A stretch of DNA of 64,000 bases from Eledone cirrhosa (Eukaryota). The notes beneath the pieces were generated by a model, which made no database searches, was not told the origin of the DNA, and worked only from the letters and a program-made list of their open reading frames with translations. The stretch lies in the NCBI GenBank assembly GCA_964016885.1, contig OZ024755.1, positions 3,038,001-3,102,000 of the forward strand. Reading direction: 5' to 3'. Shown here piece by piece: positions 1 through 12,900 of this stretch (position 1 is the first letter of the stretch; every line of letters begins with the position of its first letter). A program made the position numbers and the translations under genes.

Positions 1-2
1 TA

Positions 3-182
3 CTGTGGGAGCCCCTGCATGGACACACTGGAAGAGGAAGACCAAGGTTAACATACGTTGATGCCCTAAGGACAGACACTGGTTTCTTGGAGACGCAGGA
101 CATGGCAGCGATAATGAGGGACAGAGACCGCTGGAGAGAGCTCGTCCATGGATCATATAAGGAAAAGAAATCGAAAATGTAA
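3..182 (+). mobile_element. 3' coding end of an RTE-clade LINE ORF (truncated by the window edge)
   Basis: Frame starting at base 3 translates as LWEPLHGHTGRGRPRLTYVDALRTDTGFLETQDMAAIMRDRDRWRELVHG...stop at 180-182. This matches the RTE C-terminal signature W.P..G.R.RGRP..TY.D.L..D......M.DR..WR. Not in the ORF track because it has no start codon. Confidence 0.85.
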
Positions 183-312
183 CGAGTCTTTTTAAGAATA
201 TTTATTTGTTTCCTTTACTGGTTTCACAGTTCTTCTGCTTTTCAAAAGTAGAATTGAGATGGAGGGTTTGCGGTTTTTCTCGCATTAGATGTGAGTATAG
301 TCTGAATATAGC

Positions 313-916
313 AGATTTCTACCAGAGAAGGATAAAAAGAGTTAGTGAGAGAATGGAAGTGAGAAAGAGATATAGTGGAAGAATCAACCCCAGTACTTGA
401 CTGGTACTTTTTTATCGACCTCGAAAGGATGAAAGGCGAAGTTAACCTCAGCGGGATCTGGACTGAGAGAGCAGTGGGTTTAAACAAATACCGCAAAGGA
501 TTCTATCTGACATTCTAACCACTCTACCATTCTATCTGACGTTCTAACCACTCTACCATTCTATCTGACGTTCTAACGACTCTACCATTCTATCTGACGT
601 TCTAACCACTCTACCATTCTATCTGACGTTCTAACCACTCTACCATTCTATCTGACGTTCTAACCACTCTACCATTCTATCTGACGTTCTAACCACTCTA
701 CCATTCTATCTGACGTTCTAACCACTCTACCATTCTATCTGACGTTCTAACGACTCTACCATTCTATCTGACGTTCTAACCACTCTACCATTCTATCTGA
801 CGTTCTAACGACTCTACCATTCTATCTGACGTTCTAACCACTCTACCATTCTATCTGACGTTCTAACAACTCTACCATTCTATCTGACGTTCTAACTATC
901 TCTGCCAAATCGCCAT
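313..916 (-). mobile_element. tRNA-derived SINE family A copy with an internally amplified 5' head
   Basis: Reverse complement of the family core (GAGGTTAACTTCGCCTTTCATCCTTTCGAGGTCGATAAAAAAGTACCAGTCAAGTACTGGGG) at about 388-455. 5' end GGCGATTTGGCAGAG at about 914. The B box is mutated. The 3' flank is homologous to 8290-8352. Confidence 0.85.
500..897. repeat. 29-bp minisatellite, about 13.7 copies, inside the SINE head
   Basis: Unit ATTCTATCTGACGTTCTAACCACTCTACC is directly tandem with few C/G/A variants and no spacers. Confidence 0.95.
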
Positions 917-1086
917 CTTATAGATGATATTTCAGAAGTTAACGCTTTCTGTTTTTATTTGCTTATCTTGTTTGTACTGTCTAGACGTTCCGTAGCTCAG
1001 AATGTTTCATAACATAATTGAACATTTGTTGAGCTCTTTTCATGAAAAATATCGAATACGTATGTATTCTATTACCGATTATATTG

Positions 1087-1138
<52 letters not shown>

Positions 1139-1260
1139 AGAAAGTGAGGCGCATACTAAATGTTATAGATAATTGTATGTATGTATATGTCTCTCTTCTC
1201 TCTGTATATATATATATATGTATATATAAATAAGATATGAAAAAATATTACACACACAGG

Positions 1261-1305
<45 letters not shown>

Positions 1306-1628
1306 GAGATGAGATGATTGTGTTGTTTTGGTATATAGAAACATCGATTATTTTTGATATATTACCAAAAGCAACTGATGCGTTTTAATGTCAGGTCTTG
1401 AGGCGTTTACCTTCGAATATTTCATTCTCTCCAAACACCTTATCTCCGTCTCTCTCCCTACGTCTCTCTCTTTCTCTCTCCTTACGTCTCTCTCTGCCTC
1501 TCACTTTCTCTCTCGCTCTCCCTCCCTACGTCTCTCTCTGCCTCTCACTTTTACTTTCTCTCTTTCTCTTATGCTCTTCACATTTCCTGTTTCTCTATAT
1601 TTGTATACTCTAATTGAAATCTCTCACT

Positions 1629-1676
<48 letters not shown>

Positions 1677-2682
1677 GTGAATATGTATTTGTATAGATAT
1701 GTGTATGTATATATATGTATTTGTATGCATGTATTTGTATGTATATGTATGTATTTGTATGTATATATATATGTGTATTTGTATGTAAATATATATGTGT
1801 ATTTGTATGTATATATATATGTGTATATGTATATATATATGTGTGTGTGTATCTGTATGTATGTATATATATATGTGTATATGTATATATATATGTGTGT
1901 GTGTATCTGTATGTATGTATATGTATGTATGTATATGTATGTATGCATATATATATAATGTGTGTGTGTGTGTGTGTATTATTTGGTGTGCTTGTGTATA
2001 TATATATCATATTTACGTTTTCGTTTCCAAAACGAGAGAAAAAAAATCCTTTTTGAATATATTAGAGTATAATAATTTCTTGTAGGTCTGTGGGACGTGG
2101 GGCGGGCTAACACTTTGAAATAATGGTGCTTGATATAAAATTGTCAACGTCTGCACTGTTGTGAAACCTAAACTTACCAATTTAGTTCTGCCCGAGTTTT
2201 AATACACTATGAATAGTTATAAGCTATTATTCTCTCGGTAGATAAAACATATGTAAATAACCTGTCAGAAATGTGTCACAAAAAAGATGATACATACCAG
2301 ATCGATAGGTCTACATAATCAAGCTGAAATCAACCTGCGGTGTAATCACTTTGTTTACTTCTAATAGTGAAGTGAGATTCTTGTTATTTCGGTATTTCAC
2401 AGGAATAACAAATAGGAAGGTACTTTACTATATGTCTCAAACTAACATTTAAACATCCATGTAGTGCACTATATATATGTGCATGTGTATACGTGTATAT
2501 ATATATATATATATATATATATGATTGAAGTATTTCCGTAGGAAAGGTAAAGGAAAAGAGTGCTCTATGTAGGCTACAGAGCTTTTTAGTTATGTAATAA
2601 ACAACATAAGATAATTATTTCATTTACCATTAGTTTATAGTAGGTGAACATCTTATAGAAGTGCTGTTTATAGAAAATAAAG

Positions 2683-2965
2683 GAATAAGTTAACCAATAC
2701 TATTGAGAATAAGTTAACCAATACTATTGAGAATAAGTTAACTAATACTATTGAGAATAAGTTAACCAATACTATTGAGAATAAGTTAACCAATACTATT
2801 GAGAATAAGTTAACCAATACTATTGAGAATAAGTTAACCCATACTATTGAGAATAAGTTAACCAATACTATTGAGAATAAGTTAACCAATACTATTGAGA
2901 ATAAGTTAACCCATACTATTGAGAATAAGTTAACCCATACTATTGAGAATAAGTTAACCCATACT
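2683..2965. repeat. 24-bp minisatellite, about 11.8 copies
   Basis: Unit GAATAAGTTAACCAATACTATTGA with AACCA/AACCC variants. Confidence 0.95.
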
Positions 2966-3204
2966 GTACACTTTACTACTGAGAAATGTTGCTTCGCTCG
3001 CTTTTTAGAATAAATTGAAAAAATATCTAAAACCCAGTAGTTTCATAAAATATACGCTTGTGTTGGTGTATATATCAACATGTAAATGTATATATATATC
3101 AATATATAGGTGTATATACTTGCACTTATCGTCTGAATGAACATATCGCTTTAGTACACACGTAGTTGTGTGTGTGTGCACGTTTTTTTTTTTCTCTTTG
3201 TGTG

Positions 3205-3725
3205 TGTGTGTCACATAGATGCAAGTAGTTGTGTGTGTATGCAAGCTATTTCTCTATATGTATGTGTATGTCACATAGATGCAAGTAGTTGTGTGTGTAT
3301 GCAAGCTATTTCTCTATGTATGTGTATGTCACATAGATGCAAGAAGTTGTGTGTGTATGCAAGCTATTTCTCTATGTGTATGTCACATAGATGCAAGTAG
3401 TTGTGTGTGTATGCAAGCTATTTCTCTATGTATGTGTATGTCACATAGATGCAAGAAGTTGTGTGTGTATGCAAGCTATTTCTCTATATGTATGTGTATG
3501 TCACATAGATGCAAGTAGTTGTGTGTGTATGCAAGCTATTTCTCTATGTATGTGTATGTCACATAGATGCAAGAAGTTGTGCGTGTATGTATGGACGCGA
3601 TTTCTCTGCATATGTCAAATAGATGCAAGTAGTTGTGTGTGTATGTACGGACACGATTTCTCTGTATATGTCACATAGATGCAACTAGTTGTGAGTGTAT
3701 GCAAGGTATATCTCTGTGTATGTCA
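3205..3725. repeat. 52-60-bp minisatellite, about 9 copies, degenerating rightwards
   Basis: Recurring GTCACATAGATGCAAG(T/A)AGTTGTGTGTGTATGCAAGCTATTTCTCTATGTATGTGTAT. Confidence 0.9.
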
Positions 3726-4229
3726 TAAGTGCGCATATATTCACTCCAGGAAATTCAAATGGAGAATCTTCCAAATCTTCAGTGTACCGTTAATCGATTT
3801 TATTTAAAAGATACAACTCCACTTTCTTTGTTCTTTTTTTGAAAAAAAAACCACAGGAATTTCAGGCTTTTATGCATATGCATGTTTTGAATGTATATAT
3901 GTATGTATGTATATATGTATGTATATATGTATGTATGTATGTATATATGTATGTATATATGCATGTTTTGAATGTATATATGTATGAATCTAATCTCTCT
4001 GTATTTTGCAAAAATGTTGTGCTGGTCTTTGTCTACGTGTATAAATGTATAAGTGCATGTATGTGTGTGTGAGTGTGATTGTGTGTGAGTGGTGTAGAAG
4101 ACTCGGTGTACCCTGGACTGTGAAGGCACGTAACTCAATCAATGGTTCGATTCCCGTTAAAGAGTTGTATCCAAATACTTTATATCATTATATCATACTA
4201 GTGAGGGAGGGGGGGGGGGAGGCTTCGCT

Positions 4230-4330
4230 GTATTCACGCCTTCTGTACTCTCTGAGTACAAAACTTGCCGAAGTCAAATTTACCTGTCATCCTTTCAAAA
4301 TCGATAAAAAAGTACCAGTCGTTACTCATT
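4230..4330 (+). mobile_element. Degenerate SINE family A fragment
   Basis: CTCTCTGAGTACAAAACTTGCCGAAGTCAAATTTACCTGTCATCCTTTCAAAATCGATAAAAAAGTACCAGTC aligns by eye with the family core. Confidence 0.7.
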
Positions 4331-4475
4331 TTATATCTGCTTCTTCTCATCAATTTTCTCTCTCTCTTTCTTTCTCTCTCTCTTTCCCTCTCTCTCTCTT
4401 TCTCTTTCTCTCTTTCCCTCTCTCTCTCTCTCTATATATATATATTTATCTCGCTCTTTCTTTCTTCCTCTCTCC

Positions 4476-4508
<33 letters not shown>

Positions 4509-4588
4509 TATCTCGCTCTTTCTTTCTCTCTCCCTCTCTATATATATATATATATATTTATCTCGCTCGCTCTCTCTCTCTCTCTCTC

Positions 4589-4660
<72 letters not shown>

Positions 4661-4939
4661 GTAAATTGATGTCAGTTCGTTATATCTAATTGTGTACCTG
4701 TAAGTATATATGTGTGTGAGAATGTGTGTTTATATGTATTTGTATATACGTAGAGAGGAGGCTGATTTCTTTTCTGTCATGGTGTAGAAAGTCGTCTGCT
4801 TCTTACAAAATAGCTTGATGCGAATTACACAAAATATTGTATTTAGAGTGACAGTTCCACATCCTTTAGCATGAGTACACGATACTCTGTGTGTGACGTA
4901 GTGCCTATACATGTATGTTTACATTTATGCGTGTGTGTG

Positions 4940-5006
<67 letters not shown>

Positions 5007-5009
5007 GTG

Positions 5010-5048
<39 letters not shown>

Positions 5049-5376
5049 GTGTGTATATATGTATATATATATATATGTGTGTATATATGTATATATATAT
5101 ATATGTGTGTATATATGTATATATATATATATATGTGTGTATATGTATATATATATATGTGTGTGTATATATGTATATATATATATGTGTGTGTATATGT
5201 ATATATATATATATGTGTGTATATATGTATATACACACACATATATATATATATATGTGTGTATATATATATCATATATCTAGCGAGATATAAAATACTC
5301 ACACCTATATGTATACAGCTATGTTAAGTACGGACACCTTAATTATATATACACATTCAAATTTATATTTAGATGT

Positions 5377-5418
<42 letters not shown>

Positions 5419-6252
5419 GTTTGATTAAAATAACAGGAGGCCGGACTGGTGAGGTTCCCTTAATGTTTTATTGTTGCAAAAACACTACATTTTACAATGC
5501 CGCGGTTACGTAGTAAAATCCTGGCGACATCATCAGGTGTGTATTGCTTAATCAGGTGTGTATTGCAGAAAATATTTGATTTAGGGATGGCCTGTAATGT
5601 AGGCGTTGTTGCTATAGACTATCTCCGCAATATTTTAAAAAATATATAAATACAAACGAAAGACACACACACATACACACACGCACGCACGCGCGCTCAC
5701 TCACTCACACTATGTGTGTACGTATCATTAATTCATCATTTACAGAATTCTATATGTTGCCTTTAAAGTACGTTTCTATGAAAATGATGACATAACGCAT
5801 TTCTACAGTTTCATACATTTTTTCTTTATTAATCAGTTTCTCTCCCTCCCCTCCCCCCTCTCTCTACCCCTCCCCCTCTATCCCCCTCCCCCTCTATCCC
5901 CCTCCTCCTCTCTATCTCTGTCTATATATATATATATTTATATATTATATATATATATATTATATTTATATATTATATTTATATATTATATTTATATATT
6001 ATATATATATTATATATATATATATTATATATATATATATTATATATATATATTATATATATATATATTATATATATATATATTATATATATATATTATA
6101 TATATATATTATATAATATATATATATATTTATTTATATATTATATATTTATATATATATATTATATATATATATATATGTGGGTGGGTGTGTGTGTGTG
6201 TGTATATATATATGTGTGTATATATATATATATATACACACGAGTGTGTGTG

Positions 6253-6283
<31 letters not shown>

Positions 6284-6352
6284 ATATATGTGTGTGTGTT
6301 TATATATGTATACACTCACATATTGGATTCCAATATATCTGCGCGTGTGCGC

Positions 6353-6411
<59 letters not shown>

Positions 6412-7801
6412 TGCGTTTTTGTGAATCCCCACGACAGAGCTAATAGGACAACATAGTGAGTGGAAAATTGAATTATTTCACAATTATAAACGTATGACAC
6501 ACGCAACTGCGTGATGAATAATAAATAGAGCTGCTCTTCTATAGTAACAGACCAACACGTGACTGAAGCAAGAAAAACTAGAGAAATATAGATCATATAT
6601 TATTGTCAATGGTTGTCATCGTCGTCATAGTCATAGTCCATGTTGTTGTTGTTGTTGTTGACAATAACAATAACAGCAATAATAATTACGTAAATATTTA
6701 GCTAACATTTTACCAAAAGAAAATCAGAAACAAACGAACTGTGTCTTCATATAATACAATAGAATATGGTGTTTGTTTGTGGATATTTCTTTGTTTGTTG
6801 TTGTTGATGTTGTTGTTGTTGTTTTTGTTGTTGTTGTTGCGGATGTCGTTGTTTTTGTCGTCGTTGTCGTTGTCGTCGTTGCTGTTTTTGTTGTTGTTGT
6901 CGTTGTTGTTGCTGTTTTTGTTGTTGCTGTCGTTGTTGCTGTTTTCGTTGGTATTGTCGTTGCAATTTAGTAGTGGTGCTAGAAATAGCACCCACAATAC
7001 ATTCATACATACCTACAACCACGCACCTTTCTAAATATGTTCGTACTTATGTGCATACGAGTTGCTCTGGATAAGAGTATGGGAACAGATGATGTTTGCA
7101 AACTGAAATTGAAAATCTCCATCATTCAGTTTCTAATCACGTGCTCTATCTTTCCTTCAACTCTTCTCTCTCTCTCTATGTCTCCCTTTCTCTCTTTTTC
7201 TATCCACATTTTGTTTAAGTTGTTTTGTTTTATATTTTTACCTCGAGATTTACTTTACTACAGGCTTGCATTCTCCATAATGCGACACCACCCCACCTCA
7301 CCCCCACACACAGGATTTGAATGAAGCAAATAAATTTAGAATTATGTGAAACTAACTTTTAATTTCTTGCAATTAGGACCCCTTTTCCTTACGTTCCATG
7401 TACAATTACATTTAACTTCTAATTTCTTTCACCAACTAAGAGGCAAATTTCAATTAATTGATGATTATTTTCGTATATCTTTCAGCGTATCACTCTTTAA
7501 CTAAATTTCGATAAATTAAACCTACGCAATATTTACTGCCTGATAAACTAAATTGAAAGACATGTCTCAAAAATGTTAAGCTGGCAAATAATTAAAGAAC
7601 AAAATGTTCGCTGTATTTGCTATATTATATATATATTTGCTCTCTACGTTCTAAGTTCTAATACTGCTGTAGCTTGCATGGATGGCTGACAAAATCTCTA
7701 GCCTGATTTAGCACCACACCAACCACCTGGTCATTGGATTCTGAGAGCAAATACCCCCTTTTTCTATATGTCCAGTTTGAGTATACAAACCTGGATACAA
7801 G

Positions 7802-8352
7802 GAGGCGAGTTTTCAGAGTGGTTAGAACGTCAGATAGAATGGTAGAGTGGTTAGAACGTCAGATAGAATGGTAGAGTGGTTAGAACGTCAGATAGAATGG
7901 TAGAGTGGTTAGAACGTCAGATAGAATGGTAGAGTGGTTAGAACGTCAGATAGAATGGTAGAGTGGTTAGAACGTCAGATAGAATGGTAGAGTGGTTAGA
8001 ACGTCAGATAGAATGGTAGAGTGGTTAGAACGTAGATAGAATGGTAGAGTGGTTAGAACGTCAGATAGAATGGCAGAGTCGTTAGAACGTAGATAGAATG
8101 GTAGAGTGGTTAGTACGTCAGATAGAATGGCAGTCGATAGAACGTCAGATAGTTGCAGAGTGGGTAGAATGCCTTGCGTTATTCGTTTTGGTTCTCAACT
8201 CTCTGAGTTCAAATCGCACAGAGGATAACTTTGCCTTTCATCCGTTCGAGCTCGATAAGAAAAGTACCAGTCAAATACTGGGGTCGATTCTTCCTCTATA
8301 TTTCTTTCTCCATACCATTCTCTCACTCTCTATCCTTCTCTGGAAGAAATCT
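7802..8352 (+). mobile_element. tRNA-derived SINE family A copy with an amplified A-box array and intact B box
   Basis: 5' GGCGAG, then the 29-bp array, B box GTTCAAATC at 8207-8215, core AACTTTGCCTTTCATCCGTTCGAGCTCGATAAGAAAAGTACCAGTCAAATACTGGGGTCGAT, and a tail shared with 313-385. Confidence 0.88.
7815..8170. repeat. 29-bp minisatellite, about 12 copies (reverse complement of the 500-897 array)
   Basis: Unit TGGTAGAGTGGTTAGAACGTCAGATAGAA; the last units degenerate. Confidence 0.95.
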
Positions 8353-8789
8353 CGTGTATTTAGGCCTGGAGAGGAGATAGGCTCCGCCAGGTTTTAATGT
8401 GCGCTAAGAAACGCCCCTACGACTCCCAAAATAACTAAACGCTGCTACAGATTTTTGCCTTACCAATAAAGTTACCATCTTCTCTTGTGATAATCGTATA
8501 TAATTTTAAGTCTGTTACATTGTCACAGATATTGTTGGAAGACGGAGCAGTTTAGGTCAGTCTCTATATTAATTTAATGACCTGAAAATAGTGAAAAACA
8601 TCCGCAGCTAAATTTAAATTTGGAATTCAAATGAGCGTAACTAAATACTGTTGGTGATTTAATGTTTCTACAATCCACTTCACATTTAGCAGTCAATCTT
8701 GAGATATTTCTATAGAATTGTACAATAGCACAATCACTGGAACAGCTTTATTAAGATACTTTGCGATAATTAGTTAAAACTCATTGACA

Positions 8790-8870
8790 TCCTGTGTTCT
8801 ATCTCGCCGTGGTCGACGTTCTTTTCCATCCTTCCAGGATCGATAGATTAAGTATCAGTCAAATATTGGA
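8790..8870 (+). mobile_element. Old SINE family A fragment
   Basis: CTCGCCGTGGTCGACGTTCTTTTCCATCCTTCCAGGATCGATAGATTAAGTATCAGTCAAATATTGG resembles the core. Confidence 0.6.
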
Positions 8871-10860
8871 TTACACGTAACCTTCGATCTATGGTTGTTT
8901 CACAATATCATAAATCAATATTGATGCAAGGTCTAATCGTGGTCTTCTTCACAGTTGTTACGAGCAAGAATTAACTCGTAGTGAATGAGAGAATTCTGCA
9001 CCAGTTAATATACGTTTTCAATTAACTTGGATATAATTAAGGTTTATATTTCTTTAATTCCTATCATAACCGGGCCAAGTTCTTTATAATGTGCTTAGAA
9101 TTATATGTGGAGCATAATTAGTGAAGTTCAGATGCATGTTCGAATTATTGTTACAGGAAGTAGCAGAAAAACCACCCTTCCGGTTGTTTTCTGCTAGCAT
9201 GTGTAGTGTGCATATTGATATTATAAGCAAGTATATATACATGTAGATATGTTACATCAAATAAAATCTTAATTGACAGTATACACAGAAATTGAACGAA
9301 CACTGCATTACACTGTCTTATGTAATCAGTATCCATGATACATTAAAAACGATATTATATATAAACTGCATTAGGAGAAAATTAGTGACGGAAATATATG
9401 AATGTCTATTTAAGTGATCGCTAACCGGAAGTGTTGACATTTGAAAATTTTGAAGAAGTGAATCTTTAAATAAACAATAAAATATATTTAATCAACAGCT
9501 ACGAAATTTAGTAGATAAATTATGTAATATTCATTCATTATTTATTCAAAGTAATCCAACTTATTTTACTAATGGGATATAAATTATAAACCGTACAGTC
9601 TCGCACTCCTTACTTTAGTATAGTTTAGATTACAGGACCTACATCAGTCTTTTGAGGGTGAAGATATATGTGGTGGGGGGGGGAGATGAACCTGTCTTGT
9701 ATATCGCCTTTGTAAATGTCTTGAACATCCTTCTTACAGTCGTTTCAGAGTGCCAGCGCACTTCTTCTTGTCCTCCTCTTCTTTCATTCAGTCTTCTGTA
9801 TTTCGTCGGATTTCCCCCCACCTTTTGGGTTGTGTATCTTTGCCGACCACTGGTTTGTGTCCTCCGTCCTCTGAGGCATTTTTGTCCATTGCTGTCATAA
9901 ACAGCACTTGGCTGCTTTAACGGCTGTCCACCCGATGAGGTTTCTCAGTTTTATATGAATACATATATATATATATATATGTGTGTGTGTTAAAGTTGTT
10001 CATAGAGAACTTGTAGCTACTCTGTATGTTTATATAAATTCACTTATATATGATACATCGAAAGACTGATGCTTTTTTATGGGACACTAATGGTTACATA
10101 GCCATGTTAGCTGGTAGAGATGATGCTTCCATTATTTCGTGTGTATATACATTATATATACATGTTTTTTTATTGTTTCTGCCTCTGGTATATTGGTAAA
10201 CAGAATTTCTCCGATCTAAGAAAAATAAGTTACATACAAACATACATACACACAAGTATCTATGTATGTATGTATATCTATATATATATATATATGTTTG
10301 TGTGTTTGTGTATACGTATGGATATAAATATATATATATGCGTGTGTGTGTATGTATGTGTATAAGTATATATGTATGTATGTGTATAAGTATATATGTA
10401 TGTGTGTATATGTATATAAGTATATATATATGTGTATGTATTTATGTATAAAGATATTTATTTATGTATGTATATTGCGTGTGTGTGTATGTATATATAT
10501 ATATATATATCTATATATATGAGAGAGAGAGGGGGTGTAGAGTTTCTTGTTATCCTCAATCCTTCCGGCAGCAAAATGACAGATAAATTCATTGGGATCC
10601 ACAACACGATCGCTTCCTTCTTATCATTTATGAATCGGATTCTGTAGATAATGCTGTTATAGTTTGTTTTATTGTGTTGGTAAGCAGTTAGTTTGTAGTC
10701 GAGAGGGCGACACTATAGAAATAACCAAACTACTGACCTCTCCAACAAGATGCTATTACATGAAGCATATGTGAAGGAAAATGGCTGTTTTGTAATTATA
10801 CTTGATAGCCTGATATCGATGGCCTGTGTAGGTTCTAATGTGTTTAGCTTATCCTGTGAA

Positions 10861-10983
10861 GTGGTGGCACATGGCTTTGGGCTTACAGCTTTACGAGCCA
10901 GATGGATTCACAATTGTGAGGTTGTGAGTTCGATTCCCGAGGCCGAGGTCGAATGATGTGTAATGTCCTTGAGCAAGACACTT
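10861..10983 (+). mobile_element. tRNA-derived SINE family B, 5' part
   Basis: tRNA-like head with B box GAGTTCGATTCCC, followed by TGTCCTTGAGCAAGACACTT, a conserved post-tRNA motif of many metazoan SINEs. It is truncated where the 17-bp array starts. Confidence 0.75.
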
Positions 10984-12900
10984 CCTCCTGTTGCTCCTAC
11001 TTCCTGTTGCTCCTTCTTCCTGTTGCTCCTTCTTCCTGTTGCTCCTTCTTCCTGTTGCTCCTTCCTCCTGTTGCTCCTTCTTCCTGTTGCTCCTTCCTGT
11101 TGCTCCTTCTTCCTGTTGCTCCTTCTTCCTGTTGCTCCTTCTTCCTGTTGCTCCTTCTTCCTGTTGCTCCTTCTTCCTGTTGCTCCTTCTTCCTGTTGCT
11201 CCTTCTTCCTGTTGCTCCTTCTTCCTGTTGCTCCTTCCTCCTGTTGCTCCTTCCTCCTGTTGCTCCTTCTTCCTGTTGCTCCTTCTTCCTGTTGCTCCTT
11301 CTTCCTGTTGCTCCTTCTTCCTGTTGCTCCTTCTTCCTGTTGCTCCTTCCTCCTGTTGCTCCTTCTTCCTGTTGCTCCTTCCTCCTGTTGCTCCTTCCTC
11401 CTGTTGCTCCTTCTTCCTGTTGCTCCTTCTTCCTGTTGCTCCTTCTTCCTGTTGCTCCTTCCTCCTGTTGCTCCTTCTTCCTGTTGCTCCTTCCTCCTGT
11501 TGCTCCTTCTTCCTGTTGCTCCTTCTTCCTGTTGCTCCTTCTTCCTGTTGCTCCTTCTTCCTGTTGCTCCTTCTTCCTGTTGCTCCTTCTTCCTGTTGCT
11601 CCTTCTTCCTGTTGCTCCTTCTTCCTGTTGCTCCTTCTTCCTGTTGCTCCTTCTTCCTGTTGCTCCTTCCTCCTGTTGCTCCTTCTTCCTGTTGCTCCTT
11701 CTTCCTGTTGCTCATTCTTCCTGTTGCTCCTTCTTCCTGTTGCTCCTTCTTCCTGTTGCTCCTTCTTCCTGTTGCTCCTTCTTCCTGTTGCTCCTTCTTC
11801 CTGTTGCTCCTTCTTCCTGTTGCTCCTTCTTCCTGTTGCTCCTTCTTCCTGTTGCTCCTTCTTCCTGTTGCTCCTTCCTCCTGTTGCTCCTTCTTCCTGT
11901 TGCTCCTTCTTCCTGTTGCTCCTTCTTCCTGTTGCTCCTTCTTCCTGTTGCTCCTTCTTCCTGTTGCTCCTTCTTCCTGTTGCTCCTTCTTCCTGTTGCT
12001 CCTTCTTCCTGTTGCTCCTTCTTCCTGTTGCTCCTTCTTCCTGTTGCTCCTTCTTCCTGTTGCTCCTTCTTCCTGTTGCTCCTTCCTCCTGTTGCTCCTT
12101 CTTCCTGTTGCTCCTTCTTCCTGTTGCTCCTGCTTTCGGTTGCTCCTGCTTCTTCCTGTTGCTCCTACTTCCTCCTGTTGCTCCTTCTTCCTGTTGCTCC
12201 TTCTTCCTGTTGCTCCTTCTTCCTGTTGCTCCTTCTTCCTGTTGCTCCTTCTTCCTGTTGCTCCTTCTTCCTGTTGCTCCTTCTTCCTGTTGCTCCTTCT
12301 TCCTGTTGCTCCTTCCTCCTGTTGCTCCTTCTTCCTGTTGCTCCTGCTTTCGGTTGCTCCTGCTTCTTCCTGTTGCTCCTACTTCCTCCTGTTGCTCCTT
12401 CTTCCTGTTGCTCCTTCTTCCTGTTGCTCCTTCTTCCTGTTGCTCCTTCTTCCTGTTGCTCCTTCTTCCTGTTGCTCCTTCTTCCTGTTGCTCCTTCTTC
12501 CTGTTGCTCCTTCTTCCTGTTGCTCCTGCTTTCGGTTGCTCCTGCTTCTTCCTGTTGCTCCTACTTCATTATGTTCCTGCTTCCGGTTGCTCCTTCTTCC
12601 GGTTGCTCCTTCTTCCGGTTGCTCCTTCTTCCGGTTGCTCCTTCTTCCGGTTGGCCCTTCTTCTTCCTGTTGCTGCTCCTTCTTCATGCTGCTCCTTCTT
12701 CATGCTGCTCCTTCTTCATGCTGCTCCTTCTTCATGCTGCTCCTTCTTCATGCTGCTCCTTCTTCATGCTGCTCCTTCTTCATGCTGCTCCTTCTTCATG
12801 CTGCTCCTTCTTCCGGTTGATCCTTCTTCCTGTTGCTGCTCCTTCTTCCCGTTGCTCCTTCTTCTTCCGGTGGCGCCATCTTCATGTTGCTCCTTCTGCC
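10981..12900. repeat. 17-bp pyrimidine-rich minisatellite, about 1.9 kb (over 100 copies)
   Basis: Unit CTTCTTCCTGTTGCTCC. It has no stop codons in the plus frames, which explains the 609-660 aa pseudo-ORFs. Variant units cluster at the right end. Confidence 0.97.

Noticed and set aside
500-897. CRISPR-like array (29-bp repeat), also 7815-8170 and 2683-2965
   Set aside because: The units are contiguous with no spacers, there are no cas genes, and the context is a eukaryotic SINE or minisatellite.
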